Source: an uncultured Planctomycetota bacterium (GTDB lineage Bacteria > Planctomycetota > PLA2 > JAEUHO01). Taken from it: a stretch of DNA of 64,000 nucleotides. Location of the stretch: positions 416,001 through 480,000 of the forward strand of contig CAVVXN010000001.1 in the NCBI GenBank assembly GCA_963752285.1. The letters are read 5' to 3'. The notes beneath the pieces were generated by a model. The model ran no database searches, had not been told where the DNA came from, and saw nothing but the letters and a program-made list of their open reading frames with translations. The position numbers and the translations under genes were made by a program. This document shows positions 9,703 through 19,933 of the stretch, one piece after another; within the stretch, counting starts at the first letter, position 1; the number at the start of each line of letters is the position of its first letter.

Positions 9703-10877
9703 GCCGCGCCGCGAACCGGGTCGCCGCCCGCGCGCTCTCTGCGCGCACGTACCTGCTCCGCTCGCCGAGGCGCACCGTGCCGGTCGCGCTCGTCCAGGCG
9801 CTCGTCACCGCGCTCCTCGTGACCGTGATCACGCCGACGAACATCTTCGAGCGGACGGCCGAGGCGTACTTGAGGCCGCTCGCGTACTTCACGATCGTGA
9901 CCCCGCAGGTCGAGAGCAGCTTCGGGGCCGAGCTGTCCCGGCTGCTCGACGAGAACCCGCACCAGGAGGCGCGGCGACCCGCGAAGATCCTCTGGATCGA
10001 GACGCCCGCTCTGATCGGGAAGCTCACGTCGCCGCTGCTCGCCCTGGGCCCGGACGACCAGTCGGACTTCCTCGGTCGCGTGGGCGACCGGCTCGTCCGG
10101 GGCACGCTCCCGGCGCCGGGGTCGGACGGCGCGGCGATCCACGAGGACCTGCTCCGCGCGCGGGGCCTCCACCTCGGAGACGCGTTCGGTCGCATCGTGG
10201 ACCCGCACGACACGACGCCGGGCAAGTTCGAGGTCGTGGGCGTGCTCGACGGGCCCGCGCGGCTCGGCGTGACCGACTTCGGGTACGCTTCGATCCCGAG
10301 CTTCGTGCTCGCGCGTCAGCCGTCGTTCGAGGTGATCTACGCGAAGCCCGGCGAGAAGGCGGCCAGCGACGCCTGGCTGCGCGGGCGCGAGGACGCGTCG
10401 GGGCGCGCGCGACTCCAGGTGCTGGACGAGGAGCGCTTCCGCGAGCGCGTCGACGAGGACCTCGCCAACCTCCCGATCTTCCTCGGCTTCATCACCGGAG
10501 CGGTGGCCGTCATCGTGGCGCTCGTGACCGCGCTCCTCTACGTGATCACCTTCCAGGCGAGGCAGGACGAGTTCGCGCTCTTCCTCGCCGTCGGCCACCC
10601 CCGGGGACGGCTCGTCGAGAAGCTCACGGTCGAGGCGACCGTGACCGCGCTCGTCGGCTGGGCAGCGGGTCTCGGTCTGGGCCTCCTCGTCCTCACGCTC
10701 TACGACGCGTGGTTCGTCGCGCCGCGCGCCATCGTGATGCAGGTCGTGGACCCGCGACCGCTCCTCTTCTCGCTCTCCGTGCCCGTGCTCTCCGCGACCG
10801 TGAGCGCGCTGGCGCTGGCCCGCCGGCTCCGGCGCATGGACCCGGTGGCCGTGATCCAGCGGCGGGGGGCGGGATGA
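9699..10877 (+). CDS. ABC transporter permease, FtsX/MacB family
   Basis: GTGA overlap with ileS; one N-terminal TM, soluble loop, three C-terminal TMs with RQDEFALFLAVG. Confidence 0.8.
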   Translation: MSRAANRVAARALSARTYLLRSPRRTVPVALVQALVTALLVTVITPTNIFERTAEAYLRPLAYFTIVTPQVESSFGAELSRLLDENPHQEARRPAKILWIETPALIGKLTSPLLALGPDDQSDFLGRVGDRLVRGTLPAPGSDGAAIHEDLLRARGLHLGDAFGRIVDPHDTTPGKFEVVGVLDGPARLGVTDFGYASIPSFVLARQPSFEVIYAKPGEKAASDAWLRGREDASGRARLQVLDEERFRERVDEDLANLPIFLGFITGAVAVIVALVTALLYVITFQARQDEFALFLAVGHPRGRLVEKLTVEATVTALVGWAAGLGLGLLVLTLYDAWFVAPRAIVMQVVDPRPLLFSLSVPVLSATVSALALARRLRRMDPVAVIQRRGAG

Positions 10878-11572
10878 CCGCGGCCGGCCCCGGCGACCCG
10901 CCGCTCCTCGACGCGCGTGGGCTCGCGCTCGAGTATCGCGACGGCGCGCGTCGGGTCCGCGCGGTGGACGGCGTGGACCTCGGCGTCGCCCGGGGCGAGT
11001 TCGTCGGGCTGGTGGGCCCGTCGGGATCGGGGAAGTCGAGCCTCTTGTTCCTCCTCGCGGGGCTTCGCTCCCCCGACGCGGGCGAGGTCCGACTGCTCGG
11101 TCACCTGCTCCCGCGCGAGCCCGACCGGAGCGCGGCCCTCCGTCGCCGGCACGTGGGGTTCCTGTTCCAGGAGCCGTTCCTGGTCCCGTACCTGACGGTG
11201 AGAGAAAACGCGCTCTCGCACGTGGAGCGCGAGGTCGAGGCGGAGGCCGCGGACCGCCTCGAACGGATCGCCGACGCGATCGGCATGACCCCGCTCCTCG
11301 ACGAGCGGCCGCACCGCCTGAGCGGGGGCGAGCGCCAGCGCGCGGGGATCCTCCGCGCGCTCGCGGCCGGCCCCGACCTCGTCCTCGCCGACGAGCCGAC
11401 CGCGAACCTCGACCAGGCGACCGGTCGGCGCGTCGTGGCCGTGCTCTCGGAGCACGTGGGCCGCGCGGGGCTCCTCGTCGTGACGCACGACCTCGCGATG
11501 CTCGACGGCGCGACGCGGGTGCTGAGCCTTTCGGACGGTCGCCTCTCGGACGGTCGGCTGTCGGGGTCGTAG
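10874..11572 (+). CDS. ABC transporter ATP-binding protein (LolD-like)
   Basis: GPSGSGKS, LSGGERQR, DEPTANLD, VTHD. Confidence 0.92.
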   Translation: MTAAGPGDPPLLDARGLALEYRDGARRVRAVDGVDLGVARGEFVGLVGPSGSGKSSLLFLLAGLRSPDAGEVRLLGHLLPREPDRSAALRRRHVGFLFQEPFLVPYLTVRENALSHVEREVEAEAADRLERIADAIGMTPLLDERPHRLSGGERQRAGILRALAAGPDLVLADEPTANLDQATGRRVVAVLSEHVGRAGLLVVTHDLAMLDGATRVLSLSDGRLSDGRLSGS

Positions 11573-11582
11573 AATCCGCCGC

Positions 11583-13271
11583 ATGTCGGGTGCGCGGTCC
11601 TCGGCCGGCCGCGGGGGAGGTGTCCTGCACCTCCTCCTCCTCGCGGCGCTCCCCGGGCTCCTGCTCGGCGGCCTTCGGCCGGTCTCGGCCCTCGCGGAGG
11701 AACCGCCGCCGGGTACAGTCCCCGTCCCCGACGTGCGCCGGCTCCCGCCCGAGCAGGCCGCGCGTCGCCTCGTCGCCGCGGGCCTGAACCCCGGCCGCGT
11801 CTTCGAGGTCGCCGTCCCGGCAGGATGGCGGCTCGGCCTCGTGGTGCAGCAGGCGCCGGCGCCGGCCCAGGCCGACCGGCCCCGCTACCTCCCACGCGGC
11901 GATTCCGTCGCCCTCGCGGTCTCGGCGTCGAGGGACGGCCCGAAGGAGGGCGCGCCGGCGCCGGCCTCCTGGCCGCGCGTTCCCCACGCGCCGCCCGCGG
12001 CGCCCCCCACGGTCCCCGCGCCGGGCCCCGCGCCGGCGGGGAGCGCCGGCCCGCGGGCTCCGGCGGTCCGGCCCACGTCGTCCGCCTCCGAGCCCCCCCC
12101 CGCTCCGCGCCCGCGCGACGCGTTCGCGCTGCCGGTCGGGGTCCCGGGCGCCGCGGCGCCCCCACGGCCTGCGATCGGGCCCTCCGTCCTAGTAGGCCCG
12201 CCCGCCGTTCCGCCCCCTTCCCCCCCCGCCAACGGGCCCCTCGCCCCGCCGGCCGTCTCGCCGGCTGCTCCGCCCGCCGTCCCGGCCGCCGTCCCGGCCG
12301 CCGTGCCGCCCGCCGCACCGTCCGCGGAGGCACCGCGCGCGTCGCGTCCGCCCGGTCCTTCGGCCCAGGCCCCGCCGCCTCCCGTGGGCTCTCCCGACGC
12401 GCCGCCCCTCGCGCCGCCTCCCGATCCCGCGGCCACGCCGGCGCTCCTCGGCCTCTCGCTCGCGGACGCGGACGAACGCGCCCGCCTCCAGGGCCTCTCG
12501 CTCGACGTGGAGCGCGTGGCGGGGCTTCCCGTCGGGAGGGTCCTCTCCCAGGACCCGCCCCCGGGGTCCCCCGCGCCGGCCGGCGGGTGGATGAAGGTGG
12601 TCGTGGCCGCCGGGGGCGACCTCCCCGGCCCCGTGGCGCCGGCGCCGAGCGTCCGCGTCGCCGCCCTCCTCGTGCCGGACCTCCTCGACCGGACCGCGCC
12701 GCAGGCCCGGCGGATCCTGGAGGACCTGGGCTTCGTGCCGCGCGTGGAATCCGCGCTCCACGGCCCGGCGGGGCGGGTCGTGGACCAGCAGCCCGCTGCC
12801 GGGACGGCGCTCCCCAAGGGGGGCGAGGTCGTGGTCCGGGTCGCCCCGGGCTCCCTCCCCGAGGGGGCGCCCGCGTCCGCACCTCGGCCGGGGACGGCGC
12901 CCGTGCCGCCTGCCGGCGCCGGGCCGGCCGCGCCTCCCGCGGCTCGGACCGCCCCCGACGCGCCCGACGGCGCGCCCGCCCCGGCCCCGGTCCCCGTCTC
13001 CCCGGCCGCCGGCACCTCCGTCGGAGGCGGGACGAGCCTCTCCCTCGCCCTCATGTGGCGGGAGGTCGGCGGGGCGGACGCCTACGTCGTCGAGGTCGAG
13101 GAGTGCGGGCCGGACGGGTGGCTCCCGAGCGCCCGGCAGGTGGTCCGGCGGACCGCGGCGGTGGTGGAGGTCGAACGGGTCGCCGACCCGCCCGGGGCGC
13201 TCCGCTGGCGGGTGGGGGCCGTCCGGGACGGCCGACCCGGCCCCCGGTCGGGATGGGTCGAGCTCCGGTGA
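11583..13271 (+). CDS. Secreted PASTA-domain protein with Pro/Ala-rich linkers
   Basis: Three PASTA-like units (VPDVRRL..AARRLVAAGL; PALLGLSLADA...VLSQDPPPGS; VPDLLDRT...VVDQQPAAG); beta-rich C-terminal domain. Confidence 0.75.
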   Translation: MSGARSSAGRGGGVLHLLLLAALPGLLLGGLRPVSALAEEPPPGTVPVPDVRRLPPEQAARRLVAAGLNPGRVFEVAVPAGWRLGLVVQQAPAPAQADRPRYLPRGDSVALAVSASRDGPKEGAPAPASWPRVPHAPPAAPPTVPAPGPAPAGSAGPRAPAVRPTSSASEPPPAPRPRDAFALPVGVPGAAAPPRPAIGPSVLVGPPAVPPPSPPANGPLAPPAVSPAAPPAVPAAVPAAVPPAAPSAEAPRASRPPGPSAQAPPPPVGSPDAPPLAPPPDPAATPALLGLSLADADERARLQGLSLDVERVAGLPVGRVLSQDPPPGSPAPAGGWMKVVVAAGGDLPGPVAPAPSVRVAALLVPDLLDRTAPQARRILEDLGFVPRVESALHGPAGRVVDQQPAAGTALPKGGEVVVRVAPGSLPEGAPASAPRPGTAPVPPAGAGPAAPPAARTAPDAPDGAPAPAPVPVSPAAGTSVGGGTSLSLALMWREVGGADAYVVEVEECGPDGWLPSARQVVRRTAAVVEVERVADPPGALRWRVGAVRDGRPGPRSGWVELR

Positions 13272-13358
13272 CCGAGGCCCGCGCGGGCCGGTTTTCCGGC
13301 CCCGGCGCGGCTTCAGCGACCCTCCCCCAGACTCCGATAGGGATCCGGAGCCTGCCGG

Positions 13359-14090
13359 GTGACCGACGAGATCGAGATCTTCTTCGAACGCCTCCTCCCC
13401 GACGCGTTGGATCGATTCCTCCGGAGCGCGCTGGGGGAGGCGATCCCCCGGCTCGGCGAGGACGGCCGGTTCCGGGTGCTCGCCGCCGGTCGGTTCTCGG
13501 GTCGCATCATCAGCGACCTCCTCACGTACGCGCGCAACCAGGAGATCGACGCGGCGCTCGTGCTCGTCGAGAAGGACGTGCTCCGGACGCTCTACTTCGG
13601 GCACGGGATGGTGATCGGCGCGGACTCGAACGTGCTCTTCGAGCGACTCGGCCGCATCCTCGGCCAGGCCAAGGTGCTGCCCGACGACGACGCGACGCGT
13701 CTGATCGAGGTCGAGGAGGCCGACGGGGTGGCGGCGGCGGCGGCGCGCCTGTCGCCCGACGCGGCGCAGTGGGGGCTCGAACGGCGCATCTGGGAGATCT
13801 CGGCCGGCCTCTACTACATGCCCCACGCGCACTACCTGCTCGTGGACGGCGCGCCGAACCTCGGCGGGCTGCCGCAGTTGCACATCCCGCCCATGGACCT
13901 CGCGATGGAGGGCCTCCGTCGGTACGACGAGTGGCGCCACCGTACGACGCGCGCGCCGCGCACCCCGTCGTCGAAGTCGTCCGCGCCCGCGCCCGCGCCG
14001 CCGACGGCGTCCCCGCCCGTCGCCCAGCCGATCGAGCGCGACCCGCTCCTCCGGCAGATCAACGAGCTGATGCGCGAGGTGCTTCGGTAG
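13359..14090 (+). CDS. DUF4388-like domain protein
   Basis: ISDLL..., RTLYFGHGMVIGADSN...RLGRIL, LAMEGLRRYDEW pattern. Confidence 0.65.
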   Translation: MTDEIEIFFERLLPDALDRFLRSALGEAIPRLGEDGRFRVLAAGRFSGRIISDLLTYARNQEIDAALVLVEKDVLRTLYFGHGMVIGADSNVLFERLGRILGQAKVLPDDDATRLIEVEEADGVAAAAARLSPDAAQWGLERRIWEISAGLYYMPHAHYLLVDGAPNLGGLPQLHIPPMDLAMEGLRRYDEWRHRTTRAPRTPSSKSSAPAPAPPTASPPVAQPIERDPLLRQINELMREVLR

Positions 14091-14237
14091 CAGCGCGGCA
14101 CGCCCGGCGCTCGAGGTACCCCTCCGCCCCGGCCCCCGGTTCGACTCCGTCGGGCAAAGAGACGAGGCCCTCCACGCCCAGCTCGGGGCCGGCGACGCGG
14201 CGCCGCCCTACGCGGACCCGCGCGCCCGGGCGGGTCG

Positions 14238-15176
14238 TCAAGGCAACGGGGGCCGTCGGAAGACCTGGTCCATGACGTCGTAGGTGATCGCCGTGTCGGT
14301 CTCGAGGAGGCGCTTCATGTCGCGCAGAACCGCGTTCGCCCCCTCGAGCCGCGCGGTCTCCGCCGGGTCGAGGCGCCCGCTCTCGAGCGCGCGGATCTGC
14401 TCCAGGTGGACCGCGAGGTCCTTCTGCACGATCGGGTGGAGGTAGATCGCCTTGATCCACTTCTGGAGGAGGGGGCGGCCGAGCCAGAGGTCGCCGCAGC
14501 GGTCCACGTACTCCGTCGCGGCGTCGGCGTTGTCGAGCTCGCGCGGATGGGTCCCGCGGTACGACGGGAGACCGCTCGGCGCCTCGATGTCGGCGAGGCG
14601 GCACGCGAGGTACACGTTCTCGAAGATGCCGCGGCGGAACGCGTCCACCGAGAGGTGGAACTCGGCCTTGTAGAACCAGGTCAGGCCGAGGTTGTAGATC
14701 GCGTCGGGGTCGTCGCCGGCGAGGGAGAACTCGGTGATGGCCCGGTCGAGCTCGCCCATCCGGAACCAGGTCTCGCCGAGGAGGAAGCGGACCTCGAGCG
14801 GGTCCGAGGGGGCGAGCTTCAAGACCTTGCGGAAGAGGTGGGCGGCCTCCTCGTACAGGCCCATCCAGAAGCGGCAGAGCGCGCGCCAGTGGACGAGCCG
14901 GAGGTAGTCGCGCCCGATCTCGTCCGCCCACCACCCGCGGTTCTTCGGTCGGTTCGCGAGCCGCGGCTCGAGGAACCGCTGGGCCCGGCGGAAGTAGCGG
15001 TCGGCCCGTTCGAGCTGGCCGAGGTGGTAGCAGGCCTTCGCGCGCCCGCTCCAGGCGATCGGGTTCTGGGGGTCCTCGCGGACCGCCCGCTCGTACCACT
15101 GGAGGGCCTCCTCCGGCTCGTCGCGCCGGAGGTGCTCCTCCCCGAGGTCGCAGTACCGTTGGCCTTCTTCCGACAT
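14238..15176 (-). CDS. Tetratricopeptide repeat protein
   Basis: TPR-like helices (LGEEHLRRDEPEEALQWYERAV, AIYNLGLTWF). Confidence 0.85.
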   Translation of the reverse strand: MSEEGQRYCDLGEEHLRRDEPEEALQWYERAVREDPQNPIAWSGRAKACYHLGQLERADRYFRRAQRFLEPRLANRPKNRGWWADEIGRDYLRLVHWRALCRFWMGLYEEAAHLFRKVLKLAPSDPLEVRFLLGETWFRMGELDRAITEFSLAGDDPDAIYNLGLTWFYKAEFHLSVDAFRRGIFENVYLACRLADIEAPSGLPSYRGTHPRELDNADAATEYVDRCGDLWLGRPLLQKWIKAIYLHPIVQKDLAVHLEQIRALESGRLDPAETARLEGANAVLRDMKRLLETDTAITYDVMDQVFRRPPLP

Positions 15177-15247
15177 CCCCCCGATCCTACCAGCGGCCGT
15201 CCGCCCGGGGTCCCCGGAGGCCCCCCCCCGGCGGCCAGAGAGGCCCC

Positions 15248-15682
15248 GTGCTCCGGCGCCCCGGTCGTGTGCCCTTCCTGCTGCTCCTCCTGGTCGCGGC
15301 GGGCGTCGGGATCGGCTTGGAGCGCCTCATCGTGACGGACGCGGAGGCGGTCGAGGACGTGGTCGTGGAGGCCACGAAGGCGGTGGACCGGGGCGACTTC
15401 GAGGCCTTCGGGCGGCTGCTCTCGCCCACCTACCGCGGCGAGGGCGGCACGCGGGACGGGGCGGTCGCCCGGGTCAGGAAGGCCTGGCGAGCGGACGGTC
15501 CCCGCGCCCTCGCGAGCACGGTGATCGGCGTGCAGGTGGACGGCGACGCCGCGCGGGCCCAGGTGAACGTGCGGGGGTTCTTCCTCGGCCGCCTCTTCCT
15601 GTTCCGGCTCGACGTCGGCTTCGTGCGCGAGGCCGACGGCTGGCGCGTCGCCTCGGCCGAGGTCCGCGACTCGGCGGGGTAG
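15248..15682 (+). CDS. Membrane-anchored NTF2-like hypothetical protein
   Basis: N-terminal TM; LLSPTYRGEG...FVREADGWRVASAE pattern. Confidence 0.6.
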   Translation: MLRRPGRVPFLLLLLVAAGVGIGLERLIVTDAEAVEDVVVEATKAVDRGDFEAFGRLLSPTYRGEGGTRDGAVARVRKAWRADGPRALASTVIGVQVDGDAARAQVNVRGFFLGRLFLFRLDVGFVREADGWRVASAEVRDSAG

Positions 15683-15702
15683 CGCGGCGGTCCGGCGGCT
15701 CC

Positions 15703-16974
15703 TCAGGGCTCGCGGACCCAGCGCAGGATCTCGCCGAGCCGCGGCGGCTTCCCGTACATGAGGATGCCCGTCCGGAAGATGCGGCCCGCGAGGCGCACGG
15801 CGAACACCGTGGAGACGGCCAGGAGCGCGAGGCTCGCGGGGACCTGCCACGCCGGGGGGCCGGGGACGACCGCGGCGCGCGCCATCATGAGGAACGGCGT
15901 GAACGGCGGGATGAACGAGGCCACCGTGGCGAGGGTGCCGTTCGGGTCCTTCAACACCACCATGGCGATCAGGAGCGGCAGCGCGAGCAGGATCGAGATC
16001 GGCGCCATGAGGTTCTGCGCCTCCTTCAGGGTGTTGCAGGCGCTCCCGACGGCCACCATCAGGCTCGCGATGAGCAGGTAGCCGAGCACGTAGTACGCGA
16101 CGAAGAGTCCGATCTGCCCGCCGGTCACGATGCCGCCGACGCCCTGGATCTCGGCCGCGAGCAGACCGCCGCCGATCCAGAGGCCGAGGAGCGTGAAGCC
16201 CACCGCGCAGATGCCGAGCACCTTGCCCGCCATGAGCTCGAACGGGCTCACCGACGAGAGGAGGATCTCGAACACCCGGCTCGCCTTCTCCTCGATCGTG
16301 CTGTTCACGAGCATCTGGCTCACGCCGACGATGCCCATGAAGAGGAAGAACATGAACACGAACGGCATCACGAACTCGAACACGCTGCTCGCCTTGCCCG
16401 TGCGCGTGAGCCCGACGGGCTTCGTCGCGTCGCGGGCGAGCAGCTCGGCATCCTTCGGGTCGATGTCGCGGGCCTTCATGATGCGCCGGTTCACCGCGGC
16501 GTTCAGGACTTCGAGGAGCTGGTGCGCGGCGGCGGAGCCCGCCACGCTGGCCGCGTGGAAGATGCCGCCGGGGCGCTCGCCGTCGTGCGTCGGACGCTTC
16601 TCGAGCACCGAGGGCGTCACCACGACGAGGACCAGGTCCCCCTCCGCGACCTGGGTGCGCAGCCGGTCGAAGGGGGTCGTTCCCGCCGCGCCCGGCGTGA
16701 ACGCCTGGTCGGCGTCCTCGACCGTGACCTCGAAGGCGGGGGCTCCCCGCGCGGTCTTCCGCTCGACGATGCGGTCCTTCAGGTCCGGCGCGAGCTGGCC
16801 GGTCAGGTCGAGGATCCCGACCGGCTGGCGGGCGGACTCCTGCTCCTTCGCGAGCTGCGGGACCACGAACACGAGCCCGAACCAGAGCGGCGTCAGCACG
16901 ACGCCGATCAGGAACGCCTTCGTGCGCACGTTCTCGAGGTATTCGCGCACGAGGATCAGGATCACGCGGCTCAC
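15703..16974 (-). CDS. ABC-2 family permease (NatB-like)
   Basis: REYLENVRTKAF, EEKASRVFEILLSS, GKVLG, IFRTGILMYG; GTG start overlapping the upstream stop. Confidence 0.88.
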   Translation of the reverse strand: MSRVILILVREYLENVRTKAFLIGVVLTPLWFGLVFVVPQLAKEQESARQPVGILDLTGQLAPDLKDRIVERKTARGAPAFEVTVEDADQAFTPGAAGTTPFDRLRTQVAEGDLVLVVVTPSVLEKRPTHDGERPGGIFHAASVAGSAAAHQLLEVLNAAVNRRIMKARDIDPKDAELLARDATKPVGLTRTGKASSVFEFVMPFVFMFFLFMGIVGVSQMLVNSTIEEKASRVFEILLSSVSPFELMAGKVLGICAVGFTLLGLWIGGGLLAAEIQGVGGIVTGGQIGLFVAYYVLGYLLIASLMVAVGSACNTLKEAQNLMAPISILLALPLLIAMVVLKDPNGTLATVASFIPPFTPFLMMARAAVVPGPPAWQVPASLALLAVSTVFAVRLAGRIFRTGILMYGKPPRLGEILRWVREP

Positions 16975-17912
16975 GACGTCTCTCCCGCGATCCGCTTGAA
17001 GATCTCGTGGAGGCTCGGCGCTCTCACCTCGAAGCCGGTCACGTCGGCGCGGTCCACGAGGGCACGGAGCAGCGCCGACGGGTCGGCGTCGGACGCGAGC
17101 ACGAGCTCCGCCTCCTGTCCCTGATCGTCGACGCGCGTGACGCCCGGCAGGCCCGCGAGGACCTGACCGGGGCGCAGGCGGTACCGGATGCGCGCCGCGC
17201 GGCGCCCCTCGGCCGCGCGGACCGCGTCGAGCGTGCCCTGACGCACCACGCGGCCGCGGTGGAGGAGCACGAGCCGGTCGCAGAGCTGCTCCGCCTGCTC
17301 CATCACGTGGGTCGAGAACACGACCGTGGTGCCCGACCGGTTCAACTCGAGCACGGCGTCCCGGAGCACGTCGCGATTCACGGGATCGAGACCCGCGAAG
17401 GGCTCGTCGAGCACCAGGAGCTCGGGCTCGTGCACCACCGTGGCCACGAACTGGAGCTTCTGGGCCATGCCCTTCGAGAGCTCCTCGACGCGCCGGTCCC
17501 GCCAGCCCTCGAGGCCCATCCGCGCGAGCCATCGCGAGACGAGGGGTTCCAGGCTCTCCCGTCGGCGGCCCTTGATGCGTCCGTAGAAGATGAGCAGCTC
17601 GCCGACGCGCATCTTCTTGTAGAGGCCCCGTTCCTCGGGGAGATAGCCGATCCGGCTCTTCACGGCGTCGCCCGCGGCCTCCCCCAGCACCCGGATCGTC
17701 CCGTCGTCGGGACGCAGGATGTCCATGAGCATGCGGATGCTCGTGGTCTTGCCCGCGCCGTTCGAGCCGAGGATGCCGAAGAGGGCGCCCCGCGGCACCC
17801 GGAGGTCGATGCCTCCGACCGCGGTGAAGTCGCCGTAGCGCTTCACGACGCCCTCGAAGACGACCGCCAGGTCGCCGTCCTCGGGGGGGCCGTCTTCGGG
17901 GTCCGCTCCCAT
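16971..17912 (-). CDS. ABC transporter ATP-binding protein (NatA-like)
   Basis: GSNGAGKTT, GYLPEERGLY, LSKGMAQK, DEPFAGLD. Confidence 0.92.
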   Translation of the reverse strand: MGADPEDGPPEDGDLAVVFEGVVKRYGDFTAVGGIDLRVPRGALFGILGSNGAGKTTSIRMLMDILRPDDGTIRVLGEAAGDAVKSRIGYLPEERGLYKKMRVGELLIFYGRIKGRRRESLEPLVSRWLARMGLEGWRDRRVEELSKGMAQKLQFVATVVHEPELLVLDEPFAGLDPVNRDVLRDAVLELNRSGTTVVFSTHVMEQAEQLCDRLVLLHRGRVVRQGTLDAVRAAEGRRAARIRYRLRPGQVLAGLPGVTRVDDQGQEAELVLASDADPSALLRALVDRADVTGFEVRAPSLHEIFKRIAGETS

Positions 17913-17922
17913 CGGGCCGATC

Positions 17923-18855
17923 CTACCTGTCGCCGGGGTCCCGCGGGGGGAGCGGGTGCACCTCGCCCTCGACGGTCTGGCGCTGGTCCAGGTCCTCGCG
18001 CGTCCGGCCGTCGTCGGCGAGGAGGCGCGTGTGCTCCTCGTATCTCCACGTGAGCGGCAGGCCCGTGTCGCGATCCACTTCGGCCGTTCCCTTCGTGAGC
18101 ACGCCGACGCGGAGGGACGCGGCGTCCCCTCCGGCGCGGACGACGCCGTCCACCTCGACCAGCGCGTCGAGCGACAGGGCGACGTGCCCGCTGCGGTCCA
18201 CGCCCTCGACGCGGACCCCGCCCCGCGCGCGCGGACGCGGCGCGTCCACGCCGAGCGCGCGGGCCTCGGGCAGGTCGAGGCCACCGAGCTCGGCGCGGGG
18301 CACGACGCCACCGACGCGGACGGGCCGCGCGGGCCACCACCGGGGCGTGTCCCCGAACCCGCAGAGCCAGAGACCGCGGAACAGGCGCTCGGCGTCCTTC
18401 GGGGCCGGCCCGAGGAAGCGCACGACGGGGGCGCCCGCGCGGTCGGTCGGCTCGAGGCGCGCCGTGAGCCCGTCGAGGCCGGCGACGTACTCCGCTCCGA
18501 CGCCGTCGCTCCCGAGGACGCGGAGTGTGAGCTGGGCGCCCCGTCCTCCACCCGTCACCGCCGCGTCGTACGAGGCCTCGATCGAGAGGCGGGCGCTCCC
18601 CGCGCGGGTCGGGTGGCCCGCGCGGGCGACCTCGAAGCGCGTCTCTACCGTCGCGACGAAGCGGCCGCCGGCGGGGGCGCTGCCGATCGCGAAGGCCTCG
18701 CCGGACGGCGTGTCGGCGAGCGGCCCGGGCGCGAGGCCGTGCGGCGGCAGCTCGGGCGGCCCGCCGCAGGAGGCGAACAGGGAGGCGGCCAGCGCGAGGG
18801 CCCCGAGGACGGTCGCCCGGCCGTGCCGGGGGGCGGCCGCCCGGCGGCGCCTCAT
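17923..18855 (-). CDS. Putative lipoprotein
   Basis: Basic N-terminus, hydrophobic stretch, FASC lipobox; ATGA coupling to the dipeptidase gene. Confidence 0.6.
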   Translation of the reverse strand: MRRRRAAAPRHGRATVLGALALAASLFASCGGPPELPPHGLAPGPLADTPSGEAFAIGSAPAGGRFVATVETRFEVARAGHPTRAGSARLSIEASYDAAVTGGGRGAQLTLRVLGSDGVGAEYVAGLDGLTARLEPTDRAGAPVVRFLGPAPKDAERLFRGLWLCGFGDTPRWWPARPVRVGGVVPRAELGGLDLPEARALGVDAPRPRARGGVRVEGVDRSGHVALSLDALVEVDGVVRAGGDAASLRVGVLTKGTAEVDRDTGLPLTWRYEEHTRLLADDGRTREDLDQRQTVEGEVHPLPPRDPGDR

Positions 18856-19799
18856 GCCGGGAGGACCCTCTCGAGCACGCGGATCCAGTTTCGGCCCATC
18901 ACCGCGAGCACGTCGGCCTCCCGCCATCCGCGCACGCGGAGGGCGTCGGCGATGCGCAGCAAGTCGGCCGCGCTCCCGATGCCGTCGGGCGCCATGTCCG
19001 TGGTGAACCCGCCGTCGAGGTCGCTCCCGATCGCGACGTGCTCGGGACCCGTGACCTCCACCACGTGCTCCACGTGTCGGATCACGTCGTCGATCGTCGC
19101 GCGGCCGGCGGCGAGCAGCGGGCCGTAGAGCATCACGCCGATCACGCCGTCGCGCTCCGCGATCGCCGCGAGGTGCGCGTCGGAGAGGTTCCGGCGGTGG
19201 GGGAGAACGGCGTGTGCGTTCGAGTGACTCGCGACGACGAGCCCGCTCCAGGCCGCGAGCACGTCGTCGAGCGCGTGCGTGTTCAGGTGCGAGAGGTCGG
19301 GGACGACGCCCTCCGCCTCCATCGCGGCGAGGAGACGGCGTCCGTCGTTCGTGAGCCCGCCGTCGTCCTTCGTCCCGCCGGACCAGCGGTTCGGCGTGTT
19401 CCACGCGAGCCCGATGAACCGCACGCCGTCCTCGGCCCAGCGCGCGACCTCGTCCGTCCTGTCGATCGGGTCCGCGCCCTCCATCAGGTGCACGAGGCCG
19501 ATCGGACCCCCTGCGCGGCAGAGCGAGAGGTCGCCGCGGCTCTCGAGGCGGAAGAGATCGTCGGCGTGTCGCAGCAGCAGCTCGTCGTAGCAGCGCATCT
19601 GACGGCGCGCCGCCTGCGAGGCGGACTCGCCCTTCCAGAAGCCGCTCGGCGCGAAGATCGTCGCGAAGAGGACGCCCACGCCTCCGCGCTTGAGGTCGGG
19701 GAGGGCGAGGGCGCGGCCCGGCGGAGCGGGGCGACCGAAGTCGCGTCCCGGCTCCAGGAGCAGGGCCATCGCGATGTCCTGGTGGCCGTCGACGATCAC
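18852..19799 (-). CDS. Membrane dipeptidase (peptidase M19)
   Basis: VDGHQD, LMEGAD, DLSH, ASHSN, RNLSD, IGSDLDG, GRNWIR. Confidence 0.9.
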   Translation of the reverse strand: MIVDGHQDIAMALLLEPGRDFGRPAPPGRALALPDLKRGGVGVLFATIFAPSGFWKGESASQAARRQMRCYDELLLRHADDLFRLESRGDLSLCRAGGPIGLVHLMEGADPIDRTDEVARWAEDGVRFIGLAWNTPNRWSGGTKDDGGLTNDGRRLLAAMEAEGVVPDLSHLNTHALDDVLAAWSGLVVASHSNAHAVLPHRRNLSDAHLAAIAERDGVIGVMLYGPLLAAGRATIDDVIRHVEHVVEVTGPEHVAIGSDLDGGFTTDMAPDGIGSAADLLRIADALRVRGWREADVLAVMGRNWIRVLERVLPA

Positions 19800-19933
19800 G
19801 GGGCGTGATTCTGAGGGCGCCGGGCTCCGACGGGAAGCCCGTTCGGGGCACGGGCCGGGGGGAAATCGCCTCCGACGCGCGCCGGCGGCGCCGGCCCCGG
19901 CCTCCCTTCGGACCGCCGGGTAGGCTTCCCCAC

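Noticed and set aside
14098..14160. GGTTCGACTCC T-loop-like motif in an intergenic region
   Set aside because: No acceptor, D or anticodon arms can be formed; not a tRNA
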